From: Alphaproteobacteria bacterium
Lineage (GTDB): Bacteria; Pseudomonadota; Alphaproteobacteria; GCA-2731375
Assembly: GCA_016776605.1 (NCBI GenBank)
Contig: JADHTB010000017.1
Span: forward strand, 18,755-82,754
Length of the DNA: 64,000 bases
Reading direction: 5' to 3'
Positions 51,221 to 60,248 of the stretch are shown in pieces; positions within the stretch are counted from its first letter, which is position 1, and every line of letters starts with the position of its first letter. The notes below the pieces were generated by a model that was not told the origin of the DNA, searched no databases, and was given only the letters and a program-made list of their open reading frames with translations. The translations under genes were made by a program, and so were the position numbers.

Positions 51221-52240
51221 CTAGCCCGGCCTGCGGGCATAGACGATCCGGGTCATGTCGGGAACCACCTCGGCCTCCACCGGGGTTTCGAAGCCTGCCG
51301 CCGACATCGCCGCGATGATGCGTTTGGCGGTCAGCGAGGCGGCCTCCGGCGCAAAGGCCATGTGTTGCAGGTGCCATAGGGCGGCCAGTTGCGGTTCCGC
51401 TTTTTCCGAATCCACCATGAAGTCATGCACCATCAAGGTGCCGCCCGGCCGCAGGGTGGCGAAGGCAGCCTCGATCAATGACTGGATCGAGGTTTCGGGA
51501 ACGCCGCTGAACAGATAAGACATCAGCACCGCGCAACGCCCGGTCGGCCATTCGCATTCCAGCGCATTTGCCGGGATATAGCGGACCCGGTCCACCAATC
51601 CCGCCTCGGTGATAAATTCCCAGCCAATCTCGGCAACATTGGGAAAGTCAATTATGGTGGATGTAAGCTCTGGATTCTCTTTGCACAGGCTGACGGTCAT
51701 GGCGCCCGTGCCGCCCCCCACATCCAGCAACGAACGGGCATCCGACAGGTCCACCAGGCGGGCGATGGTGCGGCCAGGGCCCAATGATCCGGCATGTTGG
51801 GCCCGGCTGTAGATCCGCGCCTCTGCAGGATCGGACATCCAACTGGCGTAAGAGTCGACGGCATCTTTGTCCAGGCTGCCGTCCATGGCGGCATTGATTT
51901 GCTGCAGGAACGGATACATTTGTCTGTCAATCTGATAGCGCAGGTAATCGCCAAAGTCGTATTTCGCGCCCTTTACCAGAAAGGCCTCCGAGGCCGGCGC
52001 ATTGGATAACTTGCCGCCTTCGCGCACCAGCAGGCCAATGCTGCGCAGCGCCGTCGTCAGGGTGGTGATGCGGTTGAGGGGTATGTCGGCCGCCGTGGCG
52101 AGTTCCTGTTCGCTTTTCGGCTGGTCCGAAAGATGCGAGAAAAGATCTATATGAAGGGCGGCGAATAATGATTTTGACGCCATGAAACCAAATGCAATGT
52201 TCGATACGTCTTCGGCTGTTTCAGCCACAGTGGTTTGCAC
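51221..52240 (-). CDS. dsyB: MTHB S-methyltransferase DsyB (DMSP biosynthesis)
   Basis: IAFGFMASK.LFAAL, FLVKGAKYDFGDYLR.Q.DRQMY, QHAGSLGP, LDVGGGTG, MSYLFSGV, LAALW.LQH match DsyB as recalled. Confidence 0.85.
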   Translation of the reverse strand: MQTTVAETAEDVSNIAFGFMASKSLFAALHIDLFSHLSDQPKSEQELATAADIPLNRITTLTTALRSIGLLVREGGKLSNAPASEAFLVKGAKYDFGDYLRYQIDRQMYPFLQQINAAMDGSLDKDAVDSYASWMSDPAEARIYSRAQHAGSLGPGRTIARLVDLSDARSLLDVGGGTGAMTVSLCKENPELTSTIIDFPNVAEIGWEFITEAGLVDRVRYIPANALECEWPTGRCAVLMSYLFSGVPETSIQSLIEAAFATLRPGGTLMVHDFMVDSEKAEPQLAALWHLQHMAFAPEAASLTAKRIIAAMSAAGFETPVEAEVVPDMTRIVYARRPG

Positions 52241-52294
52241 AAATAACTCCCAGAGGTTAAGTCGTGTTCAAGTCGATTTATCATTGATCGGACC

Positions 52295-52397
52295 CAGAGC
52301 GCATTTAATCCAAATGCGCTCGAATTTTCCAAAATAGAGCAATTAAAACAATCACCTAGGTCGCGCTGGCGACGCCAATTAATTGTAAATTGCGCTA
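52295..52397. repeat. Diverged member of the 105-bp element family
   Basis: Same layout: GAGCGCATTT-loop-AAATGCGCTC, TAGAGCAATT, CAATCACCTAG, GTCGC..GCGAC, AATTGCGCTA. Confidence 0.7.
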
Positions 52398-52695
52398 ACC
52401 GTCACTCGCGAACGCGCGTCCGAATTGGAGCATCGCGGGATACAAGCGCGGATCAGCCACTCTGCGCGATGGTTTCGCGGCGATCCATGGTTGGGTCCAT
52501 CCGGGCCGATTGCTGATGAACAGGTGGCCCGGAAACACCCATCATAGCGCAATTATCGGCATTGACCACAGTGCGCTGGATCAACCTTATTCAACCCAAT
52601 AATGAAAATTTGCGCCGAGGCCGAATTTGGCTACCATCGCAGTGACTTTGACAGGGGGGACTTTGACAGGGTGATTTTGATAGGCAGTCTATAGA

Positions 52696-53313
52696 ATGTC
52701 GGTTTACAGCGAATACATCCTGCCCTGGGGCATCAACCTCGCCTGTGGCGGCAAGCTCATCGCCAAGCAGCGCGCCAAGATCGTGCCGCGGGCCAAGGGC
52801 GAGGTGCTGGAAATCGGCATCGGCTCGGGCCTGAACCTGCCGTTTTACGATACCGCCAAGGTCACGAAGGTCTGGGGTCTGGAACCCAGCCCCGAGATGC
52901 GCCGGATGGCCGAACAAGTCGCCCGCGGCGTCGATCTGCCGGTGCAATTCCTCGACCTGCCGGGAGAGGAAATTCCCCTGGATGACCATAGCGTCGATAG
53001 CGTGCTGGTCACATATACCCTGTGCACGATCCCGGACGCGGCGCGGGCGCTGCAACAAATGCGCCGGGTGTTGAAACCCGGCGCGGAACTGCTGTTTTGC
53101 GAACATGGCCGGGCGCCCGATGCAGGCGTCAGACGCTGGCAGGACCGCATTGACCCGTTGTGGAGCAAAATATCCGGCGGCTGCCACCTGAACCGCCCCA
53201 TCGACAGTCTGGTGCGGGATGCCGGCTTTCGCATCGCCGACATGGAAACCATGTATATCCCCGGCCCGCGCACCCATACCTTCAACTACTGGGGCGCGGC
53301 GGTGGCGGCCTAG
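52696..53313 (+). CDS. Class I SAM-dependent methyltransferase (Methyltransf_11)
   Basis: VLEIGIGSG, TLCTI, RVLKPG, GGCHLNR. Confidence 0.88.
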   Translation: MSVYSEYILPWGINLACGGKLIAKQRAKIVPRAKGEVLEIGIGSGLNLPFYDTAKVTKVWGLEPSPEMRRMAEQVARGVDLPVQFLDLPGEEIPLDDHSVDSVLVTYTLCTIPDAARALQQMRRVLKPGAELLFCEHGRAPDAGVRRWQDRIDPLWSKISGGCHLNRPIDSLVRDAGFRIADMETMYIPGPRTHTFNYWGAAVAA

Positions 53314-53415
53314 ACCATATTTGATTCTCATTGTTCCGGAATGGCTCCGACCGTGACGCCGGGCGATTGCCATGGCAGAATGGCAAAATGTCTGGTCTGA
53401 ATTTTAGGTGCCCAT

Positions 53416-55017
53416 ATGGTTTTTGATCCCCGCATGCCGGCGCGGGAGGCCTGTGTGCTTGGCTATCAACTGGAACATTGGGCAGCCGAGACGCCCGATG
53501 AGATCGCCTTTATGTTCCAAGACGGCGAGCAATGGACCTGGGGCCAGGCCCTGGATCTGACCCGCCGCGCGGCCAGGGGGCTGGCCGACCGGGGCGTGAA
53601 AAAAGGCGATCACGTGCTGTCCTGGCAACCCAACAACAGAGAAGCGGTGCTGACCTGGTTCGGCCTTAACTATCTAGGCGCGGTCTATGTGCCGGTGAAC
53701 ACCGCCTACAAGGGCAATCTGCTGCAGCACGTGGTGCAGCTATCGGATGCCAGCCTGATGATCTGCCACGCCGATCTGGCGCCGCGCCTGGATGATATCG
53801 ATACGGGATTGCTGCGCGAGGTGATCATTACCAATGGCGCGGCAGCGTTGGCGACGCTTGCCACGCACCCGGCAGCGGCATTGTTGCCCGATCAGGGCCT
53901 GGACGGAATGCCCGATCCGGTCGAGCCCTGGGATTGCCAATACATCATCTTCACATCCGGCACCACGGGGCCGTCCAAGGCGGTTTTGTCGTCCTATGTT
54001 CAGGGCTATGCCATGGGCCCGGAGGCCAGCAGCTACATCGATGGCAGGGACCGTATCCTGATCAATCTGCCGATGTTTCATGTCGGCGGCACGGTGTTCA
54101 TGATCGTCACCCTGGCCAATGGCGGCTCGTGCTATTTGGACAGCCATTTCAAGACCGATGCATTCTGGCCGACCGTGCGCGGCAACCAGATCACCATGAC
54201 CTGCCTGTTGGGCGCCATGATACCGTTCCTGTTGAAACTGCCCGCCGGCGACCAGGATCAGGCGCACCCCTTGAAAAAGGCGGTCTGTGTGCCCTGGAAC
54301 GAGGACGCCATGGCCATGGGCCGGCGCTATGGCATCGACATGCGCACCACCTTCAACATGACGGAAGTATCCTCGCCCATGGTCTCGGATGCCTATCCGC
54401 CCGAGGCCGGCACCTGTGGCAAGCTGCGCCCCGGCGTGGAAGGCCGGGTGGTGGATGAGCACGATTGCCAGGTGGCGCCGGGGCAAACCGGCGAATTGAT
54501 CCTGCGCACGGACCGCCCCTGGGCCATGAACCACGGCTATTACAAGAACCCGGACGCCACGGCCCAGGCCTGGCGGAACGGTTGGTTCCACACCGGCGAT
54601 GGCTTCAAATATGACGCCGAGGGCTATTTCTATTTCGTCGACCGGATCAAGGATGCCATTCGCCGCCGGGGCGAGAACATCTCGTCGTTCGAGGTGGAAG
54701 GCGAGGTCACGGCCTTCGACGCGGTGGGCGAGGCCGCCGCCATCCCCGTGCCCAGCGAATTGGGCGAGGACGAAGTGATGGTCGTGGTGGCGCCGGTACC
54801 GGGCCGGAACATCGATCCGCTGGCCCTGTTTCGCTTTCTGGAACCCCGCATGGCCCATTTCATGCTGCCCAGGTTCATTCGCATCGTCGCTGAATTACCC
54901 AAGACGCCGACCCAAAAGGTGCAAAAACACCTGCTAAAAGAGGCCGGCGTTACCCCCGACACCTGGGACCGCGAGGCGATGGGCATTACAGTGAAGCGGG
55001 AAAAGATCGGCGCTTAG
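53416..55017 (+). CDS. AMP-forming acyl-CoA ligase (CaiC-like)
   Basis: FTSGTTGPSK, NMTE, WFHTGD, DRIKDAIRRRGENISS, PKTPTQK. Confidence 0.9.
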   Translation: MVFDPRMPAREACVLGYQLEHWAAETPDEIAFMFQDGEQWTWGQALDLTRRAARGLADRGVKKGDHVLSWQPNNREAVLTWFGLNYLGAVYVPVNTAYKGNLLQHVVQLSDASLMICHADLAPRLDDIDTGLLREVIITNGAAALATLATHPAAALLPDQGLDGMPDPVEPWDCQYIIFTSGTTGPSKAVLSSYVQGYAMGPEASSYIDGRDRILINLPMFHVGGTVFMIVTLANGGSCYLDSHFKTDAFWPTVRGNQITMTCLLGAMIPFLLKLPAGDQDQAHPLKKAVCVPWNEDAMAMGRRYGIDMRTTFNMTEVSSPMVSDAYPPEAGTCGKLRPGVEGRVVDEHDCQVAPGQTGELILRTDRPWAMNHGYYKNPDATAQAWRNGWFHTGDGFKYDAEGYFYFVDRIKDAIRRRGENISSFEVEGEVTAFDAVGEAAAIPVPSELGEDEVMVVVAPVPGRNIDPLALFRFLEPRMAHFMLPRFIRIVAELPKTPTQKVQKHLLKEAGVTPDTWDREAMGITVKREKIGA

Positions 55018-55277
55018 AGCAGTTCCGGGCTATTGTGATCCATTTGATGGCGCCCCTAAGCCATTTGGGTAGGCGCGTTGCGCAGCGCGATGTGGTGCAT
55101 CGGGCAAGCGGCGCAACGCACCCAAATGGCTTAGGGGTGCCACCGAAGGCCGCTCACCAAGGCCCCGTGGCTGCGTTGCGGTTCTTGGACGATGCACCAC
55201 ATCGACCTGCAACCCGCGCCTACCCACGGGGCCTTGGTGGGCGGTCAAATGGTTCAGAATAGCCAGGAACTGCTCTA
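55015..55277. mobile_element. 263-bp MITE-like element with 33-bp terminal inverted repeats and two internal long hairpins
   Basis: Left end TAGAGCAGTTCCGGGCTATTGTGATCCATTTGA matches the reverse complement of the right end at 30/33; starts in the ligase TAG stop. Confidence 0.8.
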
Positions 55278-55301
55278 ATAACTCGTCTATATGGAGACAG
55301 C

Positions 55302-56198
55302 ATGAAGCCCGAAGACATTCTTAGCCATCCCCCGAAAGTCCTGACCCAGGAACAGCGCGAAACCTATTTCGAGACCGGCTATCTGCTGTTGGAGAATTTC
55401 ATCAGTCAGGACTGGCTGGACCGCCTGTGGCAGGTTACGGACCGCTTTATCGAGAAGAGCCGGGCGCTGGCCAAATCCGGCGGGGTTTTCGATCTGGAGC
55501 CGGACCACACGGCGGAGAACCCAAGGCTGCGGCGCATCTCGCAACCGGTGGTGATCGACCCGGTCTATGAAGAGTTTGGCCTGCGCGGCCCGATCGTGGA
55601 TTTGGCCGAGGATCTGGTGGGCCCGAACGTAAAATATCATCATTCCAAGCTGAATATGAAATGGGCCGGCGGCGGCGAAGAGGTGAAGTGGCATCAGGAT
55701 ATCCAATTCTGGCCGCATACCAACTATTCGCCGCTGACCATCGGGCTCTACATGGATGATGTGGATGACGAGATGGGCCCCATGGGCGTCATTCCGGGCA
55801 GTCACAAGGGCGAGATATATGATCTGTACGGCCAGGACGGCAGCTGGGAGGGCTCCCTGGATGATAAGGACATGGCGCGGGTACCGATGGACAAGGCGGT
55901 CTGGCTAAAAGGGCCCAAGGGTTCCGTCACCATCCATAATTGCCGCATGCTGCACGGCTCCATGGCCAACAACTCGCCCCGCGGCCGGCCCTTGTTGCTG
56001 CACACCTACGCCTCCGCCGATGCGCTGACCTTTCAGGGCAGCGTGGTGCAGAACGTGCCACACGCCGATACGCTGATCCGTGGCGAGCCCGCCAAATGGA
56101 TTCACTTCGACCCCGAACCCTGCCTCATCCCGCCCGATTGGTCCAAGGGCTACACCTCGATCTTCGCCATCCAGCAAGAGAAAGATGCCGCCAGTTAG
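55302..56198 (+). CDS. Phytanoyl-CoA dioxygenase (PhyH) family Fe(II)/2OG oxygenase
   Basis: WHQD (HxD), IPGSH, LHGS..N.S..R. Confidence 0.9.
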   Translation: MKPEDILSHPPKVLTQEQRETYFETGYLLLENFISQDWLDRLWQVTDRFIEKSRALAKSGGVFDLEPDHTAENPRLRRISQPVVIDPVYEEFGLRGPIVDLAEDLVGPNVKYHHSKLNMKWAGGGEEVKWHQDIQFWPHTNYSPLTIGLYMDDVDDEMGPMGVIPGSHKGEIYDLYGQDGSWEGSLDDKDMARVPMDKAVWLKGPKGSVTIHNCRMLHGSMANNSPRGRPLLLHTYASADALTFQGSVVQNVPHADTLIRGEPAKWIHFDPEPCLIPPDWSKGYTSIFAIQQEKDAAS

Positions 56199-56216
56199 AC
56201 CATTTTTGGGGCAGCG

Positions 56217-57446
56217 TTAATGCATGCAGCGCATATGGCGGCTGCCCTGGCAGGCCAGACTGCGGAAATTCCAGAGGCTTTTGATGTAGGCTACCAAACT
56301 TTGGGCATCGTCCCTGGTTAGACCATGATTTTTCCAGGCAAGCATGCGCGGGTTGCGCGATGAACCATTCAGGATGGTGGCAATAATCTGCTCGTCCGGG
56401 TGATGCCAGGCGTGGGCGCTGTCGTCCATCGCGGGCGCCAGGGGTAGGCCGTCTTCATCTCGCGCGCCCGGCTCGCCCGGCTTCTCGCCAATGCCTTTTG
56501 TGCCATGGCAGGCCTGGCAATTTTTGTTGAAGAGCCGCTCTCCGGCCGCGACCCGCGCGGGCGTCCTATCCAATTGCCCTTCAAAGCTGATCCAGTTTTT
56601 GCCGCCATCCCTGCTCAACACGACGGCGCCGGTATCCACGGCAGCCAGCATTTGTTGGGGATTGCCCGGATCAATCGCGAAATCCAACAGGGCCCGGTCC
56701 GCGAACTGGTCCGAAACCAGGGTCCAGTTCAGCCCCTGCGCCTCTCGGACCATCAGGCCGAGACCATATAGAAAGGTGAATACGCGGCCATCCTCGGTCA
56801 CCCGTACTATGGGCGCGGGGCGTTTATCCGGGTGCGCCAGAACCCAGGATACGCCGTCATCCAGGCTGCGAAACAGGCCCTCGCGGGTGGCGGCATACAG
56901 GGTTTTGGGCGTCTTGGCGGAAACGGCTATGTCAAACACCTGGGCCGGCGGACTATTGATCGGGGCCCAGGTTTTTCCGCTGTCGCGGCTGACGTGAATA
57001 GCCTCCGCCACGCCATACATCACCGCTGGATCGGCGGCATCGATGGCCATGGCATGAAATGCGACCGGGCCAGCGGCGGCCCGTGAAATACGCGCCCATG
57101 TCCTGCCGCCATCGTCCGAGCGGATAACGCCCAATTTTTCCGACTTGGAGCGGTAGCCGCTGGAAAACAGAACCCCTGGCGCCGTGGGGTGCGCGACAAG
57201 GACCGACAAAACACCAGCCTTGTCGGACAGACGTTTGACTTGACCGTCCGGCGCCACCGAAACCGGCCCCTGAGCAGTACCGACAAGGAAAGTTCCCAAC
57301 TCTGAACCCGAACCCGCGAAGACAATGCCCCGCACCACCGGAATTTGGTGGAGATAGATGGCCTCCTGGGCGGCGGCCAGAGGCGGGGCCGCCAGACACA
57401 GGCCAAACATTGCCAGTAATACCAACCCTGTCTTATTGTTCTTCAT
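56217..57446 (-). CDS. Exported BNR/Asp-box beta-propeller fused to a C-terminal cytochrome c
   Basis: Signal peptide; S.DGG.TW repeats (RSDDGGRTW, SRDSGKTW, SLDDGVSW, SRDGGKNW); CQACH; HAWHH; distal Met (RM). Confidence 0.8.
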   Translation of the reverse strand: MKNNKTGLVLLAMFGLCLAAPPLAAAQEAIYLHQIPVVRGIVFAGSGSELGTFLVGTAQGPVSVAPDGQVKRLSDKAGVLSVLVAHPTAPGVLFSSGYRSKSEKLGVIRSDDGGRTWARISRAAAGPVAFHAMAIDAADPAVMYGVAEAIHVSRDSGKTWAPINSPPAQVFDIAVSAKTPKTLYAATREGLFRSLDDGVSWVLAHPDKRPAPIVRVTEDGRVFTFLYGLGLMVREAQGLNWTLVSDQFADRALLDFAIDPGNPQQMLAAVDTGAVVLSRDGGKNWISFEGQLDRTPARVAAGERLFNKNCQACHGTKGIGEKPGEPGARDEDGLPLAPAMDDSAHAWHHPDEQIIATILNGSSRNPRMLAWKNHGLTRDDAQSLVAYIKSLWNFRSLACQGSRHMRCMH

Positions 57447-57512
57447 TGCTTGTCCCGCGAAGATTAAATTCAGATAGGGTCGAAGGATTACGACCGCAGC
57501 GTTGCCGGCGCG

Positions 57513-57884
57513 TTATTTATCAAGCTCGGCGCACCGGGCCTGATAATCTTCCGCCTCGATTTCACCACGTGCGAAGCGCTCGTCAAGAATAGTGCGGGCG
57601 CTTGATGGGCCCCGCCCGGCCGAGCGGGCGTGGGGCGAAAGCCATCGGACGACCAGAACGGCAATGACCACGATGACGGCCAATACGGCGAACATCATGA
57701 AAGGCCCCATGAACATCAGGGACATGCCATCGCCCCACATATGATGGTAGCCGTCCCCGCTACGCTGGCCGTCAGCCAGGGCCGCCTGGGTCAGGCCCGC
57801 CAACATCAGAGCCGCGATCGTGACAGTCTTCGGCGTAGCCGATACGGCAGGGAGCCAACGCTTTATCGATACAAAAACAGTCAT
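57513..57884 (-). CDS. SHOCT domain membrane protein
   Basis: His/Met-rich HHMWG, one TM segment, ILDERFARGEI...Y. Confidence 0.82.
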   Translation of the reverse strand: MTVFVSIKRWLPAVSATPKTVTIAALMLAGLTQAALADGQRSGDGYHHMWGDGMSLMFMGPFMMFAVLAVIVVIAVLVVRWLSPHARSAGRGPSSARTILDERFARGEIEAEDYQARCAELDK

Positions 57885-57906
57885 TTTCTCTCTCCTTATT
57901 GAACGA

Positions 57907-58374
57907 TTAATTCATCCGGTGTGGCTGATAGGCGATGCCGTTCGCGGCCTGCAATTCGCGGACGTAGGCAACGATCGCCTTGGCAACATCCTCGCTCACC
58001 TGAGGTTGCGGCGGCATATTGCCGAACCGCCAATGATGTTGCGGCACACCCCGTTGCAGGGCCAGCCAAAAGGCGCCATCGGCGTGGTGTCCGGAATTAT
58101 AGATCTTATGCACCAACGGCGGCCCGCCGATCCCGCCGCCGGCATTGTCACCATGACACTTAGCGCAATTCTCGGCAAATGCCACCTCGCCTTGCAGGGC
58201 GATGGCGGAAAGCGCGGGTACCTTCACATCGACTTGCGCCGAACCGGTCTGCTGTGACGATTGGTAAATGAAGACCAGAACACCGCCGACAACGACCAGG
58301 GATACCAGCAATGCCGGCAGCTTTTCCTTGAAACGTTCCGCCAGGCTGACTTTCGCGGCTGAATTCTTGTTCAT
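57907..58374 (-). CDS. Membrane-anchored c-type cytochrome
   Basis: TM anchor, CAKCH, GPPLVHKIY..GHH.D, HHWRFGNMP. Confidence 0.87.
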   Translation of the reverse strand: MNKNSAAKVSLAERFKEKLPALLVSLVVVGGVLVFIYQSSQQTGSAQVDVKVPALSAIALQGEVAFAENCAKCHGDNAGGGIGGPPLVHKIYNSGHHADGAFWLALQRGVPQHHWRFGNMPPQPQVSEDVAKAIVAYVRELQAANGIAYQPHRMN

Positions 58375-58514
58375 GATGGGCTACTCAATTGTTCCTTGGG
58401 CAAACGATCCAGCGCCTGCCAATTCAATATCAGCCTTCCAGCGACGGGAAGGTAAAGGCCTGTTCCGGCCATGCCGCACGGATAGAGGCAAAATGCCGCA
58501 GTGCAGGTTGCACC

Positions 58515-58619
58515 CTAGAGCAATTCCGAATCAAAGAGAATCGCGAAGCGATTCTAAGTGTTTGGAAAAATTGCTCTAATTCTAAAGGTCTGAGCATTTT
58601 CAGAATGAAAATGCTCTAG
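58515..58619. repeat. 105-bp TAGAGCA-terminated palindromic element, copy 3
   Basis: About 4 substitutions versus copy 2; CTAG at both ends; divergent intergenic region. Confidence 0.92.
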
Positions 58620-58780
58620 CACCGGATCATCGCAAGGCAACTTTCCGCTTGCCCCCTGTGCCGCACGGTTGGAGCGTAATAAAATTGGTCTGCCGACGGC
58701 GCCGTTGTGCTGGACATTTTCAGCCTACCGCGCGATGAATACCGCCAGAGTGGTTCAGGTTTTGGGGATTGAGGGACAGC

Positions 58781-59599
58781 ATGAGTACTGACAGCGACGG
58801 CAAGCAATTCCGTATCGGCGACTACCAGATCGACATCATTGTCCACGGCTTCCCCGGCAAATCGGTCTGCCACGGCTCGTTGGGATTTTCCACCATCGCG
58901 CTGATCCGCCATGGCGAGCGGATCGCCCTGGTCGATGTGGGCTCGTTCGGACAGCGCTCTTTATTGCTGGATCAACTGGCCCAACATGGCCTGAAGCCCG
59001 CCGATGTGACCGATGTTTTGCTGACCCATTCCCATTATGACCACGCCATCAACTGGCTGATGTTTCCCAACGCCAACATCGTCATCGGCAAGACGGAGCT
59101 GGACTGGTCCCTAGAGCAGCCCTGGGGCGAAACGGTGGTGCCGGAACTGTATATGCGCGAGTTGCAACAATGGCCCAACTTGCAGACCGTGGACGATGGC
59201 GACGAAGTTTTCCCCGGCATCACGGCCCACATGACGCCGGGCCATACGCCGGGCTGTCTGGTATTCGTGCTTGATTGCGGCGGCCAGGACATGGTGTTCA
59301 CCGGGGACGCCTGCAAAAACCGGGCGGAGCTTCTATCCCGCACCGCCGACATGACCTATGACGGCGAGGTTACCCGCGCCTCGATCGACGCCATCTGGTC
59401 CTTCTGGTCCCGCCATCCCGGCAATATCCTGGTGCCGGGTCACGATCTGCCCATGGTGCAGGATAACGGCACACCCCGCTATCTGGGCCAACGCGAGGCG
59501 GCGATCCGCGCCTGGTACGGCGAAGACCTGAACCAGACCACGGTGATCTCGCTGCTGCCCGACAGTCCCGCCAAGGTGGCGGCGGCGGCGGCGGAATGA
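58781..59599 (+). CDS. MBL-fold metallo-hydrolase (lactonase-like)
   Basis: THSHYDH, PGHTPG, FTGD, PGHD. Confidence 0.85.
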   Translation: MSTDSDGKQFRIGDYQIDIIVHGFPGKSVCHGSLGFSTIALIRHGERIALVDVGSFGQRSLLLDQLAQHGLKPADVTDVLLTHSHYDHAINWLMFPNANIVIGKTELDWSLEQPWGETVVPELYMRELQQWPNLQTVDDGDEVFPGITAHMTPGHTPGCLVFVLDCGGQDMVFTGDACKNRAELLSRTADMTYDGEVTRASIDAIWSFWSRHPGNILVPGHDLPMVQDNGTPRYLGQREAAIRAWYGEDLNQTTVISLLPDSPAKVAAAAAE

Positions 59600-59627
59600 C
59601 GATGCTACGACATTTTAGGAGTCTGCC

Positions 59628-60248
59628 ATGCTGACCTTATATTACGCGCCCGGCACAATCGCCCTGGCCTCGCATATCGCGCTGGAAGAGGCGGGCGCCG
59701 AATACACCGCCATGCGCCTGAACTTTGCCGAGCAAGATCAGAAAAAGCCCGATTATCTGGCCATCAACCCCAAGGCACGGGTGCCGTCCCTGGTTACGGA
59801 GCGAGGCATACTGACGGAAACGCCGGCGATTTTGATCTATATCTGTCAGACCTATCCCGCCGCCGCCCTGGCGCCCCTGGATGATCCGTTCGAGCTGGCC
59901 CGGCTCCAGTCCTTCAATTCCTATCTCTGCTCGACCGTGCATGTGGCCCATGCTCACCTGAGGCGCGGCACCCGTTGGGCGGACGACCCGGCCGCCATCG
60001 AGAACATGAAATCCATGGTGCCGAAAAACGTGGCCGAATGCTTTCACCTGATGGAAGACGAAATGTTCGCCGGCCCCTTTGTCATGGGCGAACATTGCAC
60101 AGTGGCGGATTTCTATCTTTTCACCATCGCGCGATGGCTGGAAGGCGACAATGTCGATATCGCCACCCTGCCTAAAATCCAGGCCCACCGCCAACGCATG
60201 GCAGAGCGCCCCAGCGTAGTGAAGGTGTTGGCCGAACAGCTCGCTTAG
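59628..60248 (+). CDS. Glutathione S-transferase
   Basis: LYYAPG, INPKARVP, LTETPAI, TVADFYLF. Confidence 0.92.
   Translation: MLTLYYAPGTIALASHIALEEAGAEYTAMRLNFAEQDQKKPDYLAINPKARVPSLVTERGILTETPAILIYICQTYPAAALAPLDDPFELARLQSFNSYLCSTVHVAHAHLRRGTRWADDPAAIENMKSMVPKNVAECFHLMEDEMFAGPFVMGEHCTVADFYLFTIARWLEGDNVDIATLPKIQAHRQRMAERPSVVKVLAEQLA

Noticed and set aside
52241-52560. SAM-II/SAM-V riboswitch upstream of dsyB
   Set aside because: Only short coincidental words (GCGCATTT, TGATAAAT); the hairpin is explained by the diverged 105-bp element and no pseudoknot pairing was found
20675-56198. PhyH (55302-56198) plus HACL as a complete alpha-oxidation pathway
   Set aside because: The genes are ~33 kb apart and the PhyH family is functionally broad; no linkage evidence
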